DNA of 64,000 nucleotides, from positions 41,354,001 to 41,418,000 of the forward strand of contig OX597833.1 of assembly GCA_951406725.2 (NCBI GenBank). The letters are read 5' to 3'. The stretch is from Octopus vulgaris. Its lineage: Eukaryota. Positions within the stretch are counted from its first letter, which is position 1; every line of letters starts with the position of its first letter. The notes under the pieces were generated by a model. That model was not told the DNA's origin, made no database searches, and worked only from the letters and a program-made list of their open reading frames with translations. This document shows positions 55,621 to 64,000 of this stretch, one piece after another. The position numbers were made by a program, and so were the translations under genes.

Positions 55621-57239
55621 TGAACCAGTGTCAGCCACCACAATTACCATTCTCATCACAGACGACACACCCTTTGTCTTCTATTGGACAAAATGATAAA
55701 ACATGCACAACATGCACGCACACATATCAACACATACACACACACACAACACACGCATATACATTTACATCCAAGCATGTACTCACATACACGTGCACAT
55801 TCGTGCGCAGAAATGCACACAAATTGGCACACGTTAACATACCTACATACGTATACAACACACACCGTACATACATCACTCACACGCACACCACACACAC
55901 ACATATATAACATAACCACGAACCACATCACAAATAAATTATAACACACAGCCACACCCGTGTCAACAAAGGAGCTTCTACTACAGGGGTGGGAACCTTT
56001 TTGGTACCCGGAGTGAATTACAAGTTCATAAGAAACTGTGGCAGGGTCACATCTGTGGTGAGAAAAATAACAGTCTTTAATTTTACAAATTCGTAGGTAT
56101 GCAACAGATATTAAATTACTGTTTTGTCTAAAGACTTAAACGATTTTTTCCTTTAAAAAAGAAAAAATGTAGGGATGTTGGTTAGAGATTTCGGTAGCAA
56201 GTTGGAATTGAAAACCCAAGTAATTTGTTTCTAATTTCAACGCGCACGAAATCTGCTCTGCGAACGAAGGTCCTTACGCCTATTTTACGCAGTCTTAGAA
56301 AAGTCACCCCTCAAAATTCTAAAAAATCACACCCGAGGAGTGGCTGTGTCGTAAGTAGCCTGCTTACCAACCACATGGTTCCGAGTTTAGTCTCACAGCA
56401 TGGCACCTTGGGCAAGTATCTTCTACTATGGCCTCGGGCCGACCAAAGCCTTGTGAGTGGATTTGGTAGACAGAAACTGAAAAGAAGCCCGTCGTATATA
56501 TGTATATATATGTGTGTGTGTGTCTGTGTTTGTCCCCCCAACATCGCTTGACAACCGATGTTAGTGTGTTTACGTCCCCGTAGCTTAGCGGTTCGGCAAA
56601 ATAGACCGATAAAATAAGTACTAGACTTACAAAGTATAAGTCCTGGGGGTCGATTTGCTCGACTAAAGGCGGTGCTCCAGCATGGCCGCAGTCAAATGAC
56701 TGAAACAAGTATAAGAGTAAAAGATTAAAAGAGAGTGATACGGGAGATGTATTCGTAGATATGACGAAGCGACGAGATGCCTTTGATCACTGATTTGCTC
56801 GGTCAGAGCAGACCAGGATCTAACAGCAATAACAACTATATCCACACTGCACATGCACACATACACAATACCACTGCCTCTATACGCAATTTCTATACAC
56901 ATAGCAATACCCTTACAGACTCCCACGTGCAGCCATTCTCAGTTTACATTAACATAAAAAATAGAATGACGTCAGAGACCTTAGATTAATTTACATATCG
57001 CTCTCCAACACGGAAGTAAAATTGTATTTCGAGCGTCCTTTACACCATTACAATAACTATTGTTGCTAAGGCGCGGTGGCTGAATCGTTAGCACGCCGTG
57101 CAAAGTGCTTAACAGCATTTCGCCCGTCTGCACGTTCTGAATTTACATTCCGCCAAGGTCGACTTTACCTTTCGTCCTTTCGGAGCAGATACAATAAGCA
57201 TCGGTTGACTTAGCCCTTCCTCGAAACTGCACGGCTCTA

Positions 57240-57780
57240 CCATACACCAGCTGCAGATCATGCTGACGGAACTAGACACTCATAGCGTAGCAGTAGGCCT
57301 TAAAATGAATAGTATAAAAACAAAATATAAACGGTCGGAAGACGTAGCACAAGGCCAAATAGAGATTGGCGACCGACGAAATAGAAGAATACGTCTTATA
57401 AGGGGACACATTGAGTATGCGTCGAGATGTGGATGCTGGAATAAGGGCAGGATGGAAGGCATTTAACGGCGCAAAAGGCCATGGAAAGATTCATGTTAGG
57501 AATATCACTAAGAGAGTATATTCGAAATGGAGGGGAATGAACGATGTGATCGTAGAGTACCGAAAGCTATAGTTTCACTGGGCCGGACATATAGCAAGGT
57601 TCACAGACAACAGGTGCATCCGTGCAGTTGCTAAGTGGAATCCAAAAGATAGGAAAAGGCCAGTTTGACGGGCTCCACGCGATAGGAGACGATTTAGTCA
57701 AGATGAAAAAGAATGATGCAATCAAGACAGAATTGGAAGCGCATTGCAGCCAGCGGTATATAACATGATCTGGTCGGTAC
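57240..57780 (+). mobile_element. RTE-clade LINE 3' remnant
   Basis: QLQIMLTELDTHSVAVGLKMNSIKTK, AMERFMLGISL and WAGHIARFTDNR. Confidence 0.75.
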
Positions 57781-57874
57781 AGGGATATACAATACGCACA
57801 TACATACATACATACATACATACATACATACATACATACATACATACATACATACATACATACATACATACCTG

Positions 57875-57907
<33 letters not shown>

Positions 57908-58097
57908 GTATGGGGAGAAGCTTGTTTCTCAACCACATGGTTCCAGGTTCAGTCCCACTGCGTGGCACCTTGGGCAACTGTCTTTTACAGTAGCCTCGGG
58001 TCGACCAAAGCCTTATAAGAGGATTTGTAAGAAGCCTGTCGTATATTTATGTGTGTGTGTGTATGTGTGTATGTATGTATGTATGTATGTATGTATG

Positions 58098-58168
<71 letters not shown>

Positions 58169-58384
58169 GTGTGTGTCTTTGTGTCAGTGTTTGTACCCCA
58201 TCACTGCTTGACAACCGGCGTCAATGTGTTTACATCCCCGTAACTTAGCGGTCCGACCTAAGAGACTGATATAATGAGTACTAGGCTTCCAAAGAATAAG
58301 TGCTGGGGTCGATTTGTCCGACTAAAAAGGCGGTGCTCCAGCATGGCTTCAGTCAAATGACTGAAACATGTAAAACAATAAAAG

Positions 58385-58385
<1 letters not shown>

Positions 58386-58416
<31 letters not shown>

Positions 58417-59022
58417 TGTATGTATGTATGCATGCATGCATGCATGCATGCATGTATGTATGTATGTATGCATGCATGCATGTATGTATGTATGTATGTA
58501 TGTATGTATGTATGCATGTATGCATGTATGTATGTATGTATGTATGTATGCATGCATGCATGTATGTATGTATGTATGTATGTATGCACGCATGTATGTA
58601 TGTATATATGTATGTATGTATGTATGTATGCATGTATGTATGTATGTATGTATGTATGTATGTATGTATGCATGCATGCATGTATGTATGTATGTATGTA
58701 TGTATGTATGTATGTATGTATGCATGCATGCATGCATGTATGTATGTATGTATGTATGTATGTATGTATGTATGTATGTATGTATGTATGTATGTATGTA
58801 TGTTTGTATGAATGCATGCATACATGTATGTATGTATTTACGCATGTATATATGTATGTATGCATGCATGTATGTATGTATGTATGCATGTATGTATGCA
58901 TGCATGTATGTATGTATGTATGTATGTATGTATGCATGCATGTATGTATGTATGTATGTATGTATGTATGTATGTATGTATGTATGTATGTATGTATGTA
59001 TGTATGTATGTATGTATGTATA
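58386..59022. repeat. (TATG/CATG)n microsatellite, ~640 bp, at a SINE tail
   Basis: Directly visible. Confidence 0.95.
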
Positions 59023-59296
59023 GATAATGGTTTCTGCTTTGGGTATAGAACAAAATGATAAAGTTAATGTAAACTTATCGCTTCAAAATTGAGTCTATCT
59101 GTTCCGTTTCCTTGGCTTTAATTTACATTTAATCTTTTTGCACCGACTTCTTATTTTAAGGCCCAAAAGGCAACAAACATGACGTAACGTGTATTTATTT
59201 CTATGCGCGTATGCATAAACATATGATACAATAGAATACGCTTGTGTTTTCAATGCTACACGTCGAACAGAAAGGCTGTTCCTCATATATACACAA

Positions 59297-59368
<72 letters not shown>

Positions 59369-59397
59369 TGTGTGTGTGTGTGGATGTGTGTGTGTGG

Positions 59398-59457
<60 letters not shown>

Positions 59458-59467
59458 ATGTGTGTGG

Positions 59468-59541
<74 letters not shown>

Positions 59542-59939
59542 TTGCGAAAAGCTTTCCTGGAGACTTTTCTAATATTGCAGCATCTCTACTGGGAGTATCG
59601 TCTGAGCCTTACTAAATATATGATATGGGAAATATCTTACAGATATGGGAAATATCTAGACACTAGTGTTTCAAGATATTTCCCATATCTGTACGACTTT
59701 CCACAATAACGTACAAGATTACATTACCCAAATGCTAACTGTGTGCTTTGAAAATTGATACCTGCCTCTCCATGAAGTTTCCAACGATGTAGGCGTTCGT
59801 AAAAGTTCATGATTCTAAAAGAAGAATTCATGATGTTGTATTGTGTTGCCGCAAAAGTTTGTTGCGACGCTTATTGACGGATGAACAAAAAGAAAATTGA
59901 GTCACAATCAGTCAAGAGCTGTTCGATTGCTTTAATGCT

Positions 59940-60377
59940 TTATTTACATTATTTACATTGGACGGATATGTGTCGTCACCTTGTTTGTTGTTACCCCAAA
60001 CGTTTCGGTTGGTTTACTCTCCAGCCTTCGTCAGGTGTCCTGGTGGAATTTTGAATCCAACCCTGGGTTCTCATCCCTAAGGTTGTTTTTTTTTTGCTGA
60101 TATTATTATTATTACTCTTTTATTCTTTTACTTGTTTCAGTCATACTGGAGCACCGCATTTAGTCGAGCAAATCGAGCCCAGGACTTAATCTTTGTAAGC
60201 CTAGTACTTATTCTATCGGTCTCTTTTGCCGAACCGCTAAGTTACGGGAACGCAAACACACCAGCATCGGTTGTCAAGCGATGTTGGAGGAGGACAAACA
60301 CAGGCACACAAGCACACACACACACACACACGCACACACACACATACACACACACATACACACACACGCACATATAT

Positions 60378-60463
<86 letters not shown>

Positions 60464-60474
60464 GATAGATAGAG

Positions 60475-60523
<49 letters not shown>

Positions 60524-60685
60524 CGACGGGATTCTTTCAGTTTCCGTCTACCAAATCCACTCACAAGGCTTTGGTCGGCCCGAGGCTATAGTAGAGACAC
60601 TTGCCCTAGCTGCCACGCAGTGGAACTGAAACCGGAACCATGTGGTTAGTAAGCAAGCTACTTGCCACACAATCACTCCTGCGCC

Positions 60686-60749
<64 letters not shown>

Positions 60750-61209
60750 CTGGGCTACAGGAAATATTCTGCTCAATACCACAGATTTGCTTGTCAGTTG
60801 TTTGACCTTAACCAGTTGACCATGTCCCTTAGTGGCTGACGATATGTGCATCTCTGATCACGAGCAGAAGTAGTGGGGGAGCATCATAGACATGTGTTAA
60901 AAGGAATTCTTTGGGGTTTGAATAATTCACCTCTGGAAACATGGGTGTTTTGTTCAACATCCTTAAACAGCCCTTATTCAGGGACCTTTTGAGTGGGATG
61001 GGTTACTCGACCTGAAGAAAATTCTAACTGGACCCCACCTGCAAGGTCATGTGCTGTTTATCTTGATATGATATCACCATGTCGCGCACATATGGTTGTG
61101 ATGCATGTGCCTAGTGTACCCTTATCAGACGGGTAGTCATGATGGGTATGCTGGGCTTCGTATATTTTACCCCAGTGTCACTTTGATGGCATGCACTGGT
61201 CTCTCACTC

Positions 61210-61256
<47 letters not shown>

Positions 61257-61489
61257 TGATGATGATGATGATAATAATAATAATAATAGCAACAACAACA
61301 TCAGCAAAAAAATACTTTAGGAATGTGAACCCAGGGTTGGGTTTAAAATTCTACCAGGACACCTGACGAAGGCTGGAGAATAAATCAGCCGAAATGTTGT
61401 GGTAACAACAAACACGATGAGGATACATATCCGTCCAATGTAAATAATGTAAATAATGTACAGAATTCCTCATCTCAAAAATATAGATC
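59940..61489. mobile_element. Composite insertion bounded by inverted hammerhead-bearing pseudo-LTRs
   Basis: Arms at 59940-60105 (-) and 61300-61489 (+). 12-bp TSD TGCTTTAATGCT (59928-59939, 61490-61501). HHR at 61359-61401 (+) and ~59995-60038 (-). Confidence 0.8.
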
Positions 61490-61574
61490 TGCTTTAATGC
61501 TGATGAAAACTTTCTGGAAAATTCATCATTAGCGACGGAAGCACTATTAGTTCAAAATAGTGATCTGTACATCA

Positions 61575-61985
61575 TATTTAAAATAGATATATCGTTGAAA
61601 GCCTGATAAACTGTTTGTATTCATCTCAAGAAAACATTTTTTTTATAGATGTACAGTGCTAAAAATAAATAGAAATATATCAGCAGCGGCGGTGTCATTG
61701 CTAGAAATGTATCTCTGCTTCTTTGGACTTCATCTGTAGCAAGTATCCTCTTACAACGCCTGCCAAGAGAAAGTCAATCGCTACTGATATAGTAAAACAA
61801 CGAATGAAAAATCAATCAGAAACAGATATAGCTATTTAGCAATGCCACCGCCGTTACTGGACGGTTCTCGTCTACTATTGACATATGTATTTGTATTTTT
61901 TAACACTATACGTTAATAAGAAATGTTTTCTCAAGACGAATACCACAGTTTATCAGTCTTTCGACGATATATCTGCTTTGAAATA
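61575..61985. mobile_element. Old palindromic MITE-like element
   Basis: Diverged inverted arms (AGATATATCGTTGAAAGCCTGATAAACTG / CAGTTTATCAGTCTTTCGACGATATATCT). Confidence 0.6.
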
Positions 61986-62362
61986 TCGTAACAAGGGAAG
62001 AAACGTGGGTTTTATCTTTATGATGTCATTGCAATGAGTTGATCATCACCGCCACGACCAAAGAAAGACACGTCTGAGTTAGGCAGATGCTATACCGACA
62101 CTATACCAAACATTATACCAAAAGAGCAAGCCACATCCAACGGCCACAGTTCCTTTGAGTCGTCGTCGTCGTCGTCATCGTCGTCCTCATCATCATCATC
62201 ATCATCATCATCAACAACAACAAGGCGGTGACCTAGCTGAATTATTAGTACGCCGGGCAAAATGGGAAACATTGAAAACAGAGGAGGATATTTAAAAAAA
62301 TTAAAACCGAAAGTTAAATGTTTGTTTTTTAAGTATATTTTGTTCACTCTTACTTTCATATA

Positions 62363-62875
62363 TCTATATATATAAAACTGTAGTTGTGTGAGTGTCTGTC
62401 CCCTTCGATTTAGATTCCTAACTACTCTCACATTTTGCGGTGCAGTTCAACCAAATTCGGGTATCTTATAGTTGTGATTCATATCGAGCCCGTCTGAGTA
62501 TTAGCGCGCGTCTACGATGAGTCTACGATTTTTAAAATAATTTAACATCATTTTTTATTCCATTTTAATGCATAATTTTTCGTGTGTCGATGGCGGCGGA
62601 GTTGGCGTCCATGGTCACACCTGCACCTGTTTGCTTCTTCCCCTTCTTCCCTCCCTCGTGAAGCTGTGGGGAAGGGAGTGTAAGGAAATCAACGTCGTAA
62701 AGCGTTGTCAAGGAGACCAGCGTTCTTTTAGAACAACGACTTCGTGGCTTGAAGACACCAAAACAGAAATGGCTAAGAAAGCCCGATTTGGCATCTATAA
62801 GGGAAGTAACTCTCTAAAAATGCTTATATAGTTATTTCCCTTACAAACCCGAGCAACGCCGGGCGATACTGCTAG
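62363..62875 (+). mobile_element. Non-autonomous Helitron related to 27326-27721
   Basis: Same 5' region and same 3' hairpin plus CTAG. Different internal segment. Confidence 0.8.
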
Positions 62876-63857
62876 TATATCATATAAACATGTATATCTT
62901 TTGGAACATTGTCATTTTATAAGATTTTGCTGGCAAATTTTTTAATTAACATAAACACCTATTTACAGGAAAGAAAATTACCAGATAATTTTCATCTAAT
63001 TCTTCCGAATCTTTCTCTTAAAAATTGTAACGTGCTTCTCGCATGTAACGTGTTATTTATCGCATTTGCATTAAATGCATATTGAATGCTTAAATGTTTG
63101 TTTACTCTTTTTTTTTTATCATTGAGCATTGGGGTGGTTGTGTTGTGGGCTAAAAATAACAGCCAAATAAGATTTTTAGATAAATCTTTTAAATTAACAT
63201 AAACATTTATTTACATGAAAAAAAATTACCGGAGATATAACACGTGTTGTTTACAAATATTAACAACACGTGCTATTTTCAGGATATTGACGACAAAATA
63301 TGCAGTCACGCACAAAATGTCAGCTTCCAAATCTTGTTTCCTGACAGGGTGAAAATGATCAAACTTTAAACCTCTATAACTTTTTAAAAACATTTTCTGC
63401 AAAAAAATTAAATAACTCCAGCAATTCAGTTTTGGCAAGTGTATTGTGGAAAATTTTAAATTTTCAGTAAACCTTAATTTTTGAAATGCTGGCAGCCAAA
63501 CCGACAAGATCCAATTAAGTACCAGTTACGCACTGAGCTCGATGTAATCGACTGAATCCCTTCCCCCAAATCTGAGGCCTTGTGCTTCCAGTAAAAAGGA
63601 TTATTATTATTGTTGCTGTTGCTGCTGTTGTTGTTGTTGCTTTTCCTTCTTTCTTCAAAATTTTCTTCCATTTCTCGCCAAGTGTTTTCCATACACCTAG
63701 GGCAGAGAAGCTCATTGTATGCATTCCCAAATTACACACGCAAATTCACAGGTAAAATATGTATTTAAAAAAATTAATAAATAAATAAATTCGTGAATGG
63801 ATGTTGTTTTCACAGCGATAAACTCTTCTCAGTACATGAGTCGTTCCAGTTAACACG

Positions 63858-63988
<131 letters not shown>

Positions 63989-64000
63989 TTATTATTATTA

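Larger units (their letters stand above)
59700..62070 (+). mobile_element. Old mariner remnant split by two insertions
   Basis: RLLTDEQKEN*VTISQELFDCFNA | DENFLE | NIVTREETWV reconstitutes the mariner region around the first catalytic D. Confidence 0.75.

Noticed and set aside
59622-59693. Hairpin containing GAAACACTAGTGTC on the minus strand
   Set aside because: No CUGANGA core. More likely a small local inverted duplication.

Overview
AT-rich, repeat-saturated eukaryotic DNA with no long intact host ORF. Almost all entries in the ORF track are microsatellite or repeat artefacts. The SINE families and microsatellite load suggest an octopus/cephalopod genome (inference). The window is a nested mosaic of tRNA-derived SINEs, mariner/Tc1/maT/pogo remnants, non-autonomous Helitrons, a truncated Gypsy LTR element with a tRNA-Trp PBS, RTE, CRE, R4/Dong and CR1/L2-like LINE fragments, and Penelope-like (GIY-YIG) fragments. 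Four things stand out. (1) Nine minimal type-I hammerhead ribozyme motifs from six unrelated repeat families, with palindromic stem III, a recurrent CCGA core variant and two inverted pairs. (2) A family of GGATC-ended MITEs with 8-bp TSDs (Merlin-like), some carrying telomere-type repeats. (3) A zinc-knuckle ORF1-only retrocopy inserted with a 14-bp TSD into a SINE tRNA head. (4) A CpG-rich promoter near 49.0 kb with several candidate minus-strand exons of an unidentified host gene. Boundaries were read by eye and are approximate unless a TSD or TIR is quoted.
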